From: a virus | Lineage: Duplodnaviria > Caudoviricetes | IMG/VR virus record: IMGVR_UViG_3300029288_005873 | Span: 320,001-384,000 of that record | Length of the DNA stretch: 64,000 bases | Direction: 5' to 3' (one strand) | Part shown: one piece after another, positions 1-11,266 of the stretch | Layout of the letters: every line of letters starts with the position of its first letter | Numbering within the stretch: position 1 is the first letter of the stretch | The notes under the pieces: generated by a model | The model's input: only the letters and a program-made list of their open reading frames with translations | The model's database searches: none | What the model was told of the DNA's origin: nothing | Made by a program: the position numbers and the translations under genes

Positions 1-3000
1 TACTAAGGTCAATGAAATATCTTCGCGCAGGATCATTATAAGTATCCATTATAGGATTTGCCCAAAATTCTATAGTTCCAGAATTATTGAAGAAAATACC
101 TTTATTATCTAAAGCCATTGAACTGGCTTTGTCAAATACAGCTGATTGTCCAAATAAACTATTGACACTACTCGAACTCTGAAAATATGATTGCGAAAAA
201 CCAGCATAAAATCCAGCCTTATTTTCTAGGCAACCGTTGAAATGATACAAAGCAAGAGATTGCGTGGTCGGTACAAGTTCACGTACACTGTTTGCTTCAG
301 AGGTTATACTTATTCCAGAACTTGGAAGCACTTCGCCAATCCCGGTGTCTGTTAGCATTTCCCCAAGTATATGCATCTCATCAATTACCGCAGAGGCTTG
401 ATTGGCTCCATTCATGTCTGAACCTACATATAAAGTCTCTGGAATCTCGTCGAATAGAATTACAGCATAGCTTGGGAAGTCGACCTCATACCAGCAATTG
501 CCCAACAGAAAAGGAAGACCGCCGCTATTGGCTATCTCCAATGTTATCAATCCATTAGCAAAACCAGAATCCGAAAACGATAGGTTAAGCATTTGCCATT
601 TCAAACCCGAATAAGATCCAGACACTGCCGTACCAGACAGAATTACTGTATCAGAATCCTTAACAATACCAGAAGGATCAAGCGGTACATCTGTTATAAC
701 AAACACTTGTCCAGAGCCAGAAGGCAAAGGAGTCTCAATATATATGAGTTTATTGATATCTTCCGCTCCAAAGCGCGAATATCCATCAGAGAATGTTTTT
801 GTACTTCCAATCTGAAGAATCCCGTCAGAACCAGCCTGCTCTACGACTGAAAGCCTGATTTGGGCATAATCACCGCCATTTTCGGATTGTGTGATAGGAG
901 AAGCTTCACGTATCTCAATAGCACCAGCTGATTTTGTAATATCCAATGGTGTAAAAGCTGCTGATATACTTGTTATTGATGTAAAGAATTGTGTAGTAGT
1001 TTGTGTTCCAACCTGTGCAAATGTAAGAGTTTCTGCTCCAGACGATACAGATGTCCCATTACTGACGTCACCAGTGATGATGACCTGATTTAAACCGCTG
1101 AAATCAAAATTATCACCAGTGATATTCACAGAAAACCTTCGACCCGTAGCCAAATTGCTTGGTTGACAGAATGGTAAGTTTGAAACAAGTGCTTGAACAG
1201 CGTGTCCTCCAACAACAGTTGCTATCAAGGCAAAAGAGCCAGCTTCTATATTAATACGCCTGGTTATTATATTCGTAATCCTGATTTTCGAAACAGCTGT
1301 TGGCTGCGGCATTATTGTTTTAATCAGGTTTGTTCTTCTATATGGCCAAATATATGCAAGTTGTTTACTACGTTGCTGAGTTAAACCATAAGAATACAAT
1401 ACAACATCATACCCTATTGGAACACCATTATTTACAACAACATAATCTTGGTAGCCATCGCGCAAAAAAGAATAATCTGGATCAAGGGCATTAGGAGAAC
1501 GCAGCTCAGTTTCAACACCAGTAGGAGAAACAGAATATACCCTTACCTTCTCTATTAATGGATCTGAAACAGTTTCTAGAACAAGTCTATTTACAGAATA
1601 TTTAACATCAGTCAATGTTGAAATGGCATAATATGGTAAACCCCCACACTCAAGTCTTAGTGTGTTTTCATCAACAACCTCTGAAACAAGGACATATGGA
1701 GGAACAACTGTGCGCGTATTTGTTCCATCTGCTGTATTGTCCAATATTGTGAACCTATCCCCAGGCACAATTCCGTCTGTAACAAATGTCGCTCCAGACG
1801 AACGAAAAATGTCTGAACCAGAAAAGGTTACCATGTCTTGTCCGCCGACAGTGGCTGAATAAGCATCTGCTAGAAGTATCTCTCCAGCAGTATCCATATA
1901 TTTAACACCACCAGTAGATGGAACGGGAAGGTATCCAGCAAACCTATATGTGTTTGGCACTTCACGTCCATCGACAAAAAGATGTAGTTCATCGCGCTGT
2001 TCGACAGTTCCTACTTTCCATGATACTGCGACTGCATGCGTGTCTCCAGCTTCCCAGTCACGAATATTTGTACTTATTGTTTTAAGTCTACCATTATGGT
2101 CGTTAACCTTGTAGCGAAGGAATCCGTGTCCATCTTTAAACAAGGACATACGGTCAATATTCTCAGAAACTCCAGTATCGAAGACAAAGTGTACATTGTC
2201 GGACTGAAAGTCTATACCGTCAAAAGCTGCCCAAGTTCCACTTCCATATGCGTCAAATGGAAGATTTACGATGTCCCACCCATCAACCGTAAATGAAAAC
2301 TCAACCAAGGAATCGGTAGACCTGATAAAATCATTGATTTCATCCCCGCCGTAGCCGTCTGCGGGCGCAATTCCATCAACCGAAGAAGCCACCTCTACCT
2401 CTGAGAATTGTCCTGTTGATGTAATCTGTCCATCAAAGAGTCGAGCTTCATCAATTGGAGCTCTTACGCGCAAACGCCATTTTTTTGCCGTGCTGTCGTA
2501 CCAAATAAAATATCCATTTTCACTGTGTAAAGTTAAAGGTCTCCCTAAAACCAATGGATCGGTGCGATCTAAGGTGAACGGTATATCTTCTGGATTGTAG
2601 GAACTAGAGCCTACAAATACTTTGGATGGCATCCTATATCCATCAAAAAGGATGTCGAATGTTAGAGATGCATCATTATCTATTCCAGACCAAAGAGGAG
2701 TAAGTTGACATTCCCATGTCCCTTCGGAAAAGCGCATATTCGATGTAGCTGGAAGTGTAGCAGTTTGTCCAGAACTATCCAAAAGAATGCCATCTCCAAA
2801 TTTGCCTGGAGCAAATGCGGGGTCAAATGAAACACCAGGAGTTCCTTCGGCTACCATTGGAATAAGGTTAAGATAGTCACGCCCAAGTATCCATTCAAAA
2901 AATACAGATTCTTCGATTGTTGGATCAATTGATGTAAATGCGCTCACCAGTCTTTTAATAGCTGGAATGGTTGGACCTTGTAGAAAAGATTGAAGAGATC

Positions 3001-5962
3001 CAACTAAGGCTGCGCGGTATATTTCCCTATTAAGGTTTAATGGGGCTGTCGATAGTTCATCTATACCAGTAAGTACACCAAAATTGTCCCTCAACGAGTT
3101 ACGTAATGCGCCGTATCTATAACTTACATAATATGTAGATCCTTCAGAAAGCGTATCGGATATGCTCCAATCAAGAACATTGTCCCCATATTCATAGCTG
3201 ACAAGGATTTCGTCTGCCAAATATGTGTAATCTATGAAAATATCTCCAGGAGTATAGTCTACAATAACTGCTGCCCCAGGAACCAAAGCAGCCCTATATC
3301 GCGCTTCAACCATTGATCCTATGGCACTATCAGGTGTTCCAGTTGGTAAGTATATACGATTGGAGTTGGCATCGATATAGCCATCCGATCCAAGAGCAAA
3401 TAGATTTGCCCCAGTTATCATATCAATAATCCAATATTCTCGTAAAAGAAAAGATGGATCAGCTGGTTTATTAACCATAAAGGCAAGCTGAGTTATCCCT
3501 GACACTATTCCAGAAAGTCTAGTAACCTCCACAAATTTCCTGGATCCATCAGACTGGACCTCAAGTCCTAAGCCGCTTCCAATATCAACTACTGGAACTC
3601 CGTCCTGATCCATTACAATAGTTGTTGGCTGGGATGACGATATTGAAGATCCCGATACAAAATCAACTGGGCTATCAGAGGTACGCAGATCAGTAACTTG
3701 GAAAATATGTCTAACACGCAAAGCATTTTTCGATACAGTTACCGTATTTCCAGCCGAACCATTTGTAACAAGTATTGGATCTCCATCAACATCTGACTCT
3801 CCCACATGTTCTAGATCACTAATTCCAACCGTATCATCTCCAATAGAACCTATTGAAAAAGTTTTTATGTTATCAGATTTTGTGCTCGCACTCCTATATA
3901 TATTTGATACTTCTGTAATATGTCCATTGTATGTCTTTACAGTTCCAAAACGGTATGATGCGTCTCCTATGTCCGTATCACTTCCAGAAAGTACAGCCAC
4001 GTAAGCTATGCCATTTACATAATCGACCATAAAGTCTCCTACCCCTTGGAGACGCTGAAGGTTTTCATCCTCTGTTCCGCTTGGGTCGAAGTACATTTCA
4101 CGTACAAAAGTCGAAGTATCAGAAAATGTCAAAGAAGAGTTAAAACTAGCCCCTATGTAGTCACCCGTTGCAGCTGCTATGTCTGCATCCTGGAGTTCAA
4201 CCTTAAATGCAACAAAGGCTTTAGAAGGAATGGTTATCTCATCAGATACAACAATTTGAGCTTGTGTATGTTCGTCAAATGTGGCAGCTTCCCTTATTAC
4301 GGAAAAAAGCCTTGGCGGTTGTGAGGACTCAAAAAAGACCTGATTCCCCGAAATCCTGGATACATTATAGAGTTCTCCCGTGGTCTCATTAAAGATGCGA
4401 AAAACCTCATTTACGGGACCATGAAGAGTCCTGAGCCCAAAATTGCCTATTAACCTATTATCAATACGTTCATCTATACTTTCGACATGCGAGGAGAACG
4501 CAAAATCTGTGCCCTCAGCAAAAGCTTCTTCATATTCAAAAGATATAGTAGCAGCTTCTCCATCCAAATCCCGCCCCGGTACTACTGCTATCTCCCACAA
4601 ATCACTGGAGAAATTGTAGTCAAGTCCATCCTGAAATGTGCGAAGAAAATAGTATGTAGCAACTGGTGGCACAACTGTTGTTCCGTCTGTACCAGTACCA
4701 TCAACACCAAAAACTATAACCTGACCAGTGCTGTAGTTGACCGCAAACTCACCAGGGCTGGTCGGCAAACTGGATTCACTAAATGGTATTTCAACCAAAA
4801 AGGCTGGATGTTTTGTAGATGGATCGAAATTAACTGCTGGATTCAGCCATATTATTCCTCCAGATGTCACAGTATTGCCAAGCTGATCGACAATAGGCGC
4901 ATGGTTCAAAAAGAAAGATGTTGCAACAGCCGGAACACTTTCTCTTGGCACTAATACAACAGATGTTATAACCACTGTTGACGCATCAGGAGAAATACCA
5001 AGTTTTTTGTATATATATCCAACTTCTATGGTATCGTTACCCTGTGGCATCGGAAAAGTTGGTCCAACTGCCGCAGTACTTAGACGTATCTGATTAACAT
5101 CAATATCAAGTGCTGGATAAGCATTTTGACTATCATATTTGCTTTCAGATATTCCATACCTATATGTGCTTATATCATATGTATATCTGTTCGTACCTCT
5201 AACAAGCACTATTGAAGATACCGATATAACTGGGCTTTTAGAAACAGATATGAGCAAACCATCAAAACCGTTACCACTTCCAGATGTATTTGACACAATC
5301 TCACTTGATACAGAAGTTTGCTGTAGACTTACTGGGTCTAGTGGAAATTGATCATACTGTATTGATCCGTCCAAATTAGCATTTGTGGTTGAGGCTCCAG
5401 CACGCAGTAGCTTAAACACCCCCTCATTGGCAAATCTGTCATATGGACCAGAACCTCGGACAATTTCTTCATCTACTACATCTATGGAAACGTAATTCGC
5501 AGCTCCGACTTCATTGGCAGAATGTTTTGCGTCCTCTATTTCATCTGCTGTTGGCATAATAAGATTACGCAACAGTGATCCTGAAGATGGGTCATATATA
5601 GATGGCAACGAATCGGTCATGGATTTGAAAGTGTCGCTTTCCTCCTCCATGCCTACAAAAAATAGATGATTAGTAGCGCCGTCTTCAACAAGCCTTTCCC
5701 CATGAGCACCTTGGAAAGGCTGACTGTCAGTCGACCCCAAAACCATCTCATACAAGGAACCTGATACCATTGGCTGAGTATAAACGGTCATATTCCATTT
5801 GGATATGGACACCGATTTAACGTCAATACCAGAAGTAGTTCCTCCAGCTCCATTTATGACAATATTGGCTACACCAATATTCTGGTCAAGGCTAGCCGTA
5901 AAAGTTAGCTCGATGGAGGAGCTGGTCAAAACTGTCAGTTTTGTGGCGCGCAGATTAGCCAT
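1..5962 (-). CDS. Very large baseplate/tail-associated protein with LamG (ConA-like) domains, >1980 aa, truncated at the left window edge
   Basis: Absent from the ORF track, presumably because no stop falls in the window. ATG at 5962 reads MANLRATKLTVLTSSSIELTF. Spot checks at 1451, 1859, 2246, 2351, 2636 and 3377 and the first ~25 codons of the window are all in the same open frame. The left end reads NSGTIEFWANPIMDTYNDPARRYFIDLS (LamG-like). Lies directly downstream of baseplate J. Confidence 0.8.
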   Translation of the reverse strand, partial: MANLRATKLTVLTSSSIELTFTASLDQNIGVANIVINGAGGTTSGIDVKSVSISKWNMTVYTQPMVSGSLYEMVLGSTDSQPFQGAHGERLVEDGATNHLFFVGMEEESDTFKSMTDSLPSIYDPSSGSLLRNLIMPTADEIEDAKHSANEVGAANYVSIDVVDEEIVRGSGPYDRFANEGVFKLLRAGASTTNANLDGSIQYDQFPLDPVSLQQTSVSSEIVSNTSGSGNGFDGLLISVSKSPVISVSSIVLVRGTNRYTYDISTYRYGISESKYDSQNAYPALDIDVNQIRLSTAAVGPTFPMPQGNDTIEVGYIYKKLGISPDASTVVITSVVLVPRESVPAVATSFFLNHAPIVDQLGNTVTSGGIIWLNPAVNFDPSTKHPAFLVEIPFSESSLPTSPGEFAVNYSTGQVIVFGVDGTGTDGTTVVPPVATYYFLRTFQDGLDYNFSSDLWEIAVVPGRDLDGEAATISFEYEEAFAEGTDFAFSSHVESIDERIDNRLIGNFGLRTLHGPVNEVFRIFNETTGELYNVSRISGNQVFFESSQPPRLFSVIREAATFDEHTQAQIVVSDEITIPSKAFVAFKVELQDADIAAATGDYIGASFNSSLTFSDTSTFVREMYFDPSGTEDENLQRLQGVGDFMVDYVNGIAYVAVLSGSDTDIGDASYRFGTVKTYNGHITEVSNIYRSASTKSDNIKTFSIGSIGDDTVGISDLEHVGESDVDGDPILVTNGSAGNTVTVSKNALRVRHIFQVTDLRTSDSPVDFVSGSSISSSQPTTIVMDQDGVPVVDIGSGLGLEVQSDGSRKFVEVTRLSGIVSGITQLAFMVNKPADPSFLLREYWIIDMITGANLFALGSDGYIDANSNRIYLPTGTPDSAIGSMVEARYRAALVPGAAVIVDYTPGDIFIDYTYLADEILVSYEYGDNVLDWSISDTLSEGSTYYVSYRYGALRNSLRDNFGVLTGIDELSTAPLNLNREIYRAALVGSLQSFLQGPTIPAIKRLVSAFTSIDPTIEESVFFEWILGRDYLNLIPMVAEGTPGVSFDPAFAPGKFGDGILLDSSGQTATLPATSNMRFSEGTWECQLTPLWSGIDNDASLTFDILFDGYRMPSKVFVGSSSYNPEDIPFTLDRTDPLVLGRPLTLHSENGYFIWYDSTAKKWRLRVRAPIDEARLFDGQITSTGQFSEVEVASSVDGIAPADGYGGDEINDFIRSTDSLVEFSFTVDGWDIVNLPFDAYGSGTWAAFDGIDFQSDNVHFVFDTGVSENIDRMSLFKDGHGFLRYKVNDHNGRLKTISTNIRDWEAGDTHAVAVSWKVGTVEQRDELHLFVDGREVPNTYRFAGYLPVPSTGGVKYMDTAGEILLADAYSATVGGQDMVTFSGSDIFRSSGATFVTDGIVPGDRFTILDNTADGTNTRTVVPPYVLVSEVVDENTLRLECGGLPYYAISTLTDVKYSVNRLVLETVSDPLIEKVRVYSVSPTGVETELRSPNALDPDYSFLRDGYQDYVVVNNGVPIGYDVVLYSYGLTQQRSKQLAYIWPYRRTNLIKTIMPQPTAVSKIRITNIITRRINIEAGSFALIATVVGGHAVQALVSNLPFCQPSNLATGRRFSVNITGDNFDFSGLNQVIITGDVSNGTSVSSGAETLTFAQVGTQTTTQFFTSITSISAAFTPLDITKSAGAIEIREASPITQSENGGDYAQIRLSVVEQAGSDGILQIGSTKTFSDGYSRFGAEDINKLIYIETPLPSGSGQVFVITDVPLDPSGIVKDSDTVILSGTAVSGSYSGLKWQMLNLSFSDSGFANGLITLEIANSGGLPFLLGNCWYEVDFPSYAVILFDEIPETLYVGSDMNGANQASAVIDEMHILGEMLTDTGIGEVLPSSGISITSEANSVRELVPTTQSLALYHFNGCLENKAGFYAGFSQSYFQSSSSVNSLFGQSAVFDKASSMALDNKGIFFNNSGTIEFWANPIMDTYNDPARRYFIDLS

Positions 5963-5979
5963 TTTTCAACCCCATGTGT

Positions 5980-8900
5980 TCAGCGGGTCTTTACCGTCAC
6001 GTTTATATCGCCTGCCGCAAGATATTCATTCTTCTTGGCAGAGATGGTTGTTACCGTTCCAGACAGACCTTGTTTGTTGAAATGTGTTATCGTAATTTTA
6101 TCCAAACCAGCAACGCTATGTGCGGCAGTTGACACATCATCTACATCCAATGTCGTTCCAAGAGCTGTTGCATTCAGGCTAGATGATATGTTGTTTGCTA
6201 CATCTTGTTTAACGGATGAAGATGATGTTTCATAAGCTGGAAGTACAATTATGTCAGCTGTCACATCAATAGGTACTTTGGTAGAAGCTTTTACAAGAAC
6301 ATCCGCAGTTATTGGTCTTCCACTCTCTACAGAATTTGTAGCATCACCTATAAGCTTATTATATTCGTAGTTTATTGTTATCCTTTCGTTGTTTTTTGGA
6401 GCCGTATAGCTATAATCTACTGAATACGAGGCATTCTGGTCTGGTTGTGTAACTGTATCAATGGACATTCTGCCGCTTACAGCTCCAGCCGAATTCGTAA
6501 ATCCAGATATCCTACCTATGGAAGTTACTTTTGCAAAAACCTTGTCCGTAATTTGTGAACCGTTTTTGGAGAAAAACAGTCTTTCACTATCGTTCTGTTT
6601 CGTATAGTAAAATGTGGCCCTTATGTGTGTTCCAGTAGTTATTGGTTCCGAAGTATTCGCAGTCACCGAAGCAAGCTGTACGGAGGCGTTTCCTAGTGCT
6701 GTATTCTGTACAGCATGAGCTAGATCCCATCGCGAAGTTTTCAGCCCATAATTCGTAAGGTCATATGTTGTCAAAATACCAGAAATACTTCCAGAAATTG
6801 ATAAGGATACTTTTTCAATTGAAGCAACCCTACTAATCGTTATACTTGATGGTATAGACGCCGTTCTTCCAAGACCCTCTGCCGTACGTATTAGAGGAGC
6901 AAGATCAATAATATTCGAACTGCCAGTACTTGCCGAGGTGGTGGTAAATACACCAGTTACAGCTACCATAGTTGTTCCAACTACTTCAATGGTACCTTGG
7001 GTCGGAATTGCCGTAAGGCTGACCTTAAGATGAGCTGGAGTTCGACGCATATTATCCAACACAGAACTGCCAGAGAAAAGGTCAAGAAAGGGCTGATACC
7101 CATCAACATCTGAAAAAGAGTTATACCCATCTCCAGACACCGGCAAAGATATTATGTTCGTCTGAGGAAGTACGTTTGGTAAATTTGTAACATAGCTTAC
7201 CAAAAGATTTGTTCCCGAGGCAACCATGTTGGATGGAAAAAGAGTTATTGTCCTACCAACTGCCGAACATGATTGGTACGAATCCACAAGGTCTGTTAGA
7301 CTATATGTGGCATTTATGCTATCCCCTAATGATGCCAAAGTATCACTTGGAAGAACAATTAGCTTATTTGAGAATGTACCATCTGCCTCCAAGGTATTAT
7401 ATACTTCTGATCCGTTTTTTGTACTATCTTTCATACTATGTATATTACTTACCACATTTGATGTTATAACTGTTCTCCTAGATGATGTTCCAGATACTAG
7501 TAGTGTCTCATTATAGAATGTATTAACAGACAAAATTCGGCTTATTGGATATGACACTGTTACAGTTAAATTGCCATAGGAATCCAATATAGCCGTGGAC
7601 ATCTCATCCCTGATGTAGTTAGAAAATCCCCAGTCAACAGAATCTTGGGCTTCATCAGCAACATCCCTTGGGTCAAACGTATCAAATTCAACTTGCGGTA
7701 CAAAAGACATAACCCAAGTGTAATCAACCTGAAGTATGTCACTAGCTGTAGGAAGAGTTCGTCCGGATATCTGTATGCGCCCAGTGGTATTCAGACTTCC
7801 ACTTTCACCATCTGGATTCTGATTAGATATTGTATACCTCTCTCCAGTTGTAAGATTAAATACCCTGCTAACCGTACGTACAGGCTTATGCTTTGTGGTT
7901 ACGTATGAACGATCACTTGATACGGTTGAGTTTTCATTTGTGACGCGCACATCCTGAGAGATTGCCGAAACATTTAATACATCTGAAAATGAAAGCCCAT
8001 CTACGCTATTGAATGCGCCTTTTGTGCGATTTTCTCCTTGAAGGTCTATCTGTCCATTGGTCCATACGAGCTTATCCAATCCAAATGGACTTCCTGCTGC
8101 CGAACCTGTATCTTTTACAAGTTTATAGTTTCCAGCAAGTTCACCAAGATCATTGGTATATTGTTCAACAAAATTTGGTCCAGATGAACTTCCAGACACA
8201 GAAGTAATAGCGGACACTGGCTGTGTGGGCATCTGTTCTCCATCAGTGAGAACGGCTAGACGCCTACTATTAAGAGACAAACTTGCATCTGGTGTTAGAG
8301 AACTTTGCCCGAGCACATAGTCATTTTCTGGGTCAGAGGGATCATTTTTACCACTTTTATCTTTGTATATGAAACTATCAGTACCCTCCTGTAGATTTTC
8401 TCCAAACACATATATATCAACTTTTCCTCCAGTTCCTGGTTCTGCTACAATTACGTTTCCACTACTGTCTGTTGTAGTTACCGTACCATCCCTAGTCATT
8501 AGGGGGTCACCAGGTTCCACTACTAGTGCATCAATAGCATCAGCCAAAGATAGAATAATTCCCCTGTATCCAAGAGCTGTTCCAGTATTAGCGCCAGCAA
8601 AAGTCGAAAGAATGCGCGATCTGAAAGCCGCATCGGTCTCTAGGTCAGCCCCTCCAGTAAAAGACACCACATTAGTAACGCCATTTACACCAGGGGCAGT
8701 ATGAGATACAACAGAATATGTTGCTATATTTCCGCCAGATCCAACACTTTGTGCTTGTACGGACACTTCTATTGCATATTGGTCAGTTATTCCAGCGGTA
8801 TCTAGTTCATTTCGCAATCTTGTAGCTGTTGCTCTAAGAGCATTTGCGTCTGAAGGCTTAACCGTCACACTAGATATTGTCGAAAATGTTATACCATTTC

Positions 8901-9234
8901 TAGTACTTACGACAGTACCAGATGATATGGTTGTAGTTGTATCAATTGTTCGAAATGTAAACACAACCTGTCCACTAGCTCTTGTTCCCGTTTTTCGGCT
9001 AGCCCCAAAATTTGCACCATAGTTGGTGAGATCATTACCAGACAAGTTTGCCAATGCCTGTAATCTGGCAATATTTCTCATTGTTTCATATACATCTCCA
9101 AGCTCGAAAGCTGGAGGATCGACAAACACATCTCTTGCAACAGAGTTTGGTTTTGTATCCAATTGCGGCTGCGTCAAACGCAGACGTTCGAGTATAGAAA
9201 GCACTACTTCATTGAAACTTTTGAACCTTGTCAT
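5980..9234 (-). CDS. Baseplate J-like wedge protein (1084 aa) with large internal insertions
   Basis: N-terminal RKTGTRASGQVVFTF, VQAQSVGSGGNIA and FTGGADLETDAAFRSRI are typical baseplate-J motifs. The C-terminus VKQDVANNI...LGTTLDVDDV...VAGLDKI matches the J C-terminal domain. Follows a gp25-like gene. Confidence 0.85.
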   Translation of the reverse strand: MTRFKSFNEVVLSILERLRLTQPQLDTKPNSVARDVFVDPPAFELGDVYETMRNIARLQALANLSGNDLTNYGANFGASRKTGTRASGQVVFTFRTIDTTTTISSGTVVSTRNGITFSTISSVTVKPSDANALRATATRLRNELDTAGITDQYAIEVSVQAQSVGSGGNIATYSVVSHTAPGVNGVTNVVSFTGGADLETDAAFRSRILSTFAGANTGTALGYRGIILSLADAIDALVVEPGDPLMTRDGTVTTTDSSGNVIVAEPGTGGKVDIYVFGENLQEGTDSFIYKDKSGKNDPSDPENDYVLGQSSLTPDASLSLNSRRLAVLTDGEQMPTQPVSAITSVSGSSSGPNFVEQYTNDLGELAGNYKLVKDTGSAAGSPFGLDKLVWTNGQIDLQGENRTKGAFNSVDGLSFSDVLNVSAISQDVRVTNENSTVSSDRSYVTTKHKPVRTVSRVFNLTTGERYTISNQNPDGESGSLNTTGRIQISGRTLPTASDILQVDYTWVMSFVPQVEFDTFDPRDVADEAQDSVDWGFSNYIRDEMSTAILDSYGNLTVTVSYPISRILSVNTFYNETLLVSGTSSRRTVITSNVVSNIHSMKDSTKNGSEVYNTLEADGTFSNKLIVLPSDTLASLGDSINATYSLTDLVDSYQSCSAVGRTITLFPSNMVASGTNLLVSYVTNLPNVLPQTNIISLPVSGDGYNSFSDVDGYQPFLDLFSGSSVLDNMRRTPAHLKVSLTAIPTQGTIEVVGTTMVAVTGVFTTTSASTGSSNIIDLAPLIRTAEGLGRTASIPSSITISRVASIEKVSLSISGSISGILTTYDLTNYGLKTSRWDLAHAVQNTALGNASVQLASVTANTSEPITTGTHIRATFYYTKQNDSERLFFSKNGSQITDKVFAKVTSIGRISGFTNSAGAVSGRMSIDTVTQPDQNASYSVDYSYTAPKNNERITINYEYNKLIGDATNSVESGRPITADVLVKASTKVPIDVTADIIVLPAYETSSSSVKQDVANNISSSLNATALGTTLDVDDVSTAAHSVAGLDKITITHFNKQGLSGTVTTISAKKNEYLAAGDINVTVKTR

Positions 9235-9244
9235 TTGTAAACTC

Positions 9245-9673
9245 CTAAACCCTAAGCAGGAATGTTTCTTCGACTGGAGAAAGCTGGCGTGTTAGAGCCA
9301 CAATGGTTATCGACCACTGTCTTGGATCACTAGCATCTCTCTCAACCCTTATATCACTTACGCCAGCTAGAGTTTCGCCAGGAGACACATACTGAACACG
9401 AGCTTGTGCCGTTTGTAGAGCCATAAGTGTCGACAGTGTTTCCTGAATAGCACCAAAAACCTCTGCCTCCAATTGCTCGTTAGCTAGAACCTTTCCTACA
9501 GTACGTTCTGAAATTACACTTCCATACCACTGATGAAATCTATTGCTTCCGCGCGCAGTCAGAATTGCTTTGAGCAAATCCTGTTTCAGTTTTTCATTAT
9601 CCCGCACCGTCTGGACCGACCCATCAGGATTTAGGGCTAAGCTGTTACCAACTATTTTCAGATCGTAGGACAT
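9245..9673 (-). CDS. gp25/GpW-like baseplate wedge (sheath initiator) protein
   Basis: KLKQDLLKAILTARGSNRFHQWYGS motif, 142 aa, immediately upstream of baseplate J. Confidence 0.8.
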   Translation of the reverse strand: MSYDLKIVGNSLALNPDGSVQTVRDNEKLKQDLLKAILTARGSNRFHQWYGSVISERTVGKVLANEQLEAEVFGAIQETLSTLMALQTAQARVQYVSPGETLAGVSDIRVERDASDPRQWSITIVALTRQLSPVEETFLLRV

Positions 9674-11265
9674 TATTGCTCCTTTGAAATATCTTCTGGA
9701 ATTTCATCCATATCCTGGTACCTTTCTTCCTGGTCATTTGGAAGCGGAGAACTACTTCTGCCAGACTGCTTTTCTCTATGCATGCGAATATCTATAGCAG
9801 CACCAAGCGTAGAATACAGGTCAAGTACCTTGTTTTCAAGGTTCTCTATAGCGCCAATGGGATCCCCTCCTGAATAAGTGTCTACAATCGTCTTAAGGAT
9901 TTTGTCATTTGCCATTTGTCCTAATGTATCTGTATCAAGCATGGCGATAAGATCACTGCGATCGACAAGAAAAAGACCTAATATTGTAAACACAATGTCT
10001 GGAAGCGACAAACCGGTAAATTCTCCTGTCATCATCTCCAACTCAAGACGAAGTTTATCCGCACGTTGCGTCCATGTATCTATCTGGTTATTCAGCTCTT
10101 CAAGCTTCTTCCTCTGCTGCTCCAAAGGTTGTCTTAGCACAGTTACAAAAGAGTTTGTTAAAGCATTAGGCATTACATTTCTAACCTTTGCTCCTGTGGG
10201 GTCAACAATATCCTCAGTAGGCAGTAGTCCGAGTAGCGCCTCTGATACCGCAATTCCGCGGTTAAGTGCTGCAAGGCGTTGACCTGTTGCACTATTATCC
10301 TTCACTTGTAGTTCCGTAGCCAAATTTCCGCGCTTTCCGAAAGAACTCCTTTGTGATGATAGGGTTTTTGGCTTAAGAGCAATCGTAATATCTTTGGACA
10401 ACCGTTCCCTGCGATTTTGTAGCATAACCCAACGGTCAGCAAATTGGTCAATCGACCCAAGCATCTGATTAACCACAAAAGCTTCATACATAGATGATTC
10501 TTGAGGTATCATATCTGAAGCACTTGACGACAGTTGAGAAACACGATCTCTAGTAGCTTTCAAATAGTCTTCTTGTTGTTGGTTTCCACCATCAAGCATA
10601 ACGGTGCGGATTCTAATCACGGTTTCAATAAAAGGTCGCCTAATCGGAGTCGAGGAAGGCGGAGGACGACCATCTTCTGGATCGGTTAAAAAAGGCTTAG
10701 AAAGTTCATTTTGTGCTGGAAACACCTGACTATAAGACACGGCAAAAGGAGATACCCTTTTGAAAACATCAAATCCATTTCTTGAATTATCATAGTTAAG
10801 AATCAATTCAAGCGGATCGTAAAAAGCGGCAGCCATCCTATTATTCATATCAGCTGTTCCTATTCTCTGCTCAATGCCCAAAAGACCTTTCTCTCTTATT
10901 TGTAGAAGAGTTTGAGCATCTATGTTTGTACCATCTGGACTAAGAATCTTTGTTTCACCACTGTCTACAACTATACCGCTTGGAGCACCGCTTTTTTTGA
11001 ACCCCGGTGTCATTACCATTTGTGCCGAATTGTTTCCAGACTTTTCCTTATCATTTTTTGGGGTTACAGATACAAACATCGGTAAACCCACAAGTCGGAA
11101 AAAGGCGTTGACTCTAGATTCCGTGGGACGCTGGTCAACCAATTTAACCTCGTCGTCAAACATTGGCGTATATGACCGTATGCTGTCGATTTCGGACATG
11201 ATTTCACTGGCAAATTTGATAATGTCCAATTTTGCGACAGTTCCTGAAGATGAAGAGGCAACCAT
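9673..11265 (-). CDS. Hypothetical baseplate-region protein with a coiled coil (530 aa)
   Basis: Long ORF abutting both neighbours; heptad segment LEQQRKKLEELNNQIDTWTQRADKLRLELE. Confidence 0.7.
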   Translation of the reverse strand: MVASSSSGTVAKLDIIKFASEIMSEIDSIRSYTPMFDDEVKLVDQRPTESRVNAFFRLVGLPMFVSVTPKNDKEKSGNNSAQMVMTPGFKKSGAPSGIVVDSGETKILSPDGTNIDAQTLLQIREKGLLGIEQRIGTADMNNRMAAAFYDPLELILNYDNSRNGFDVFKRVSPFAVSYSQVFPAQNELSKPFLTDPEDGRPPPSSTPIRRPFIETVIRIRTVMLDGGNQQQEDYLKATRDRVSQLSSSASDMIPQESSMYEAFVVNQMLGSIDQFADRWVMLQNRRERLSKDITIALKPKTLSSQRSSFGKRGNLATELQVKDNSATGQRLAALNRGIAVSEALLGLLPTEDIVDPTGAKVRNVMPNALTNSFVTVLRQPLEQQRKKLEELNNQIDTWTQRADKLRLELEMMTGEFTGLSLPDIVFTILGLFLVDRSDLIAMLDTDTLGQMANDKILKTIVDTYSGGDPIGAIENLENKVLDLYSTLGAAIDIRMHREKQSGRSSSPLPNDQEERYQDMDEIPEDISKEQ

Positions 11266-11266
11266 A

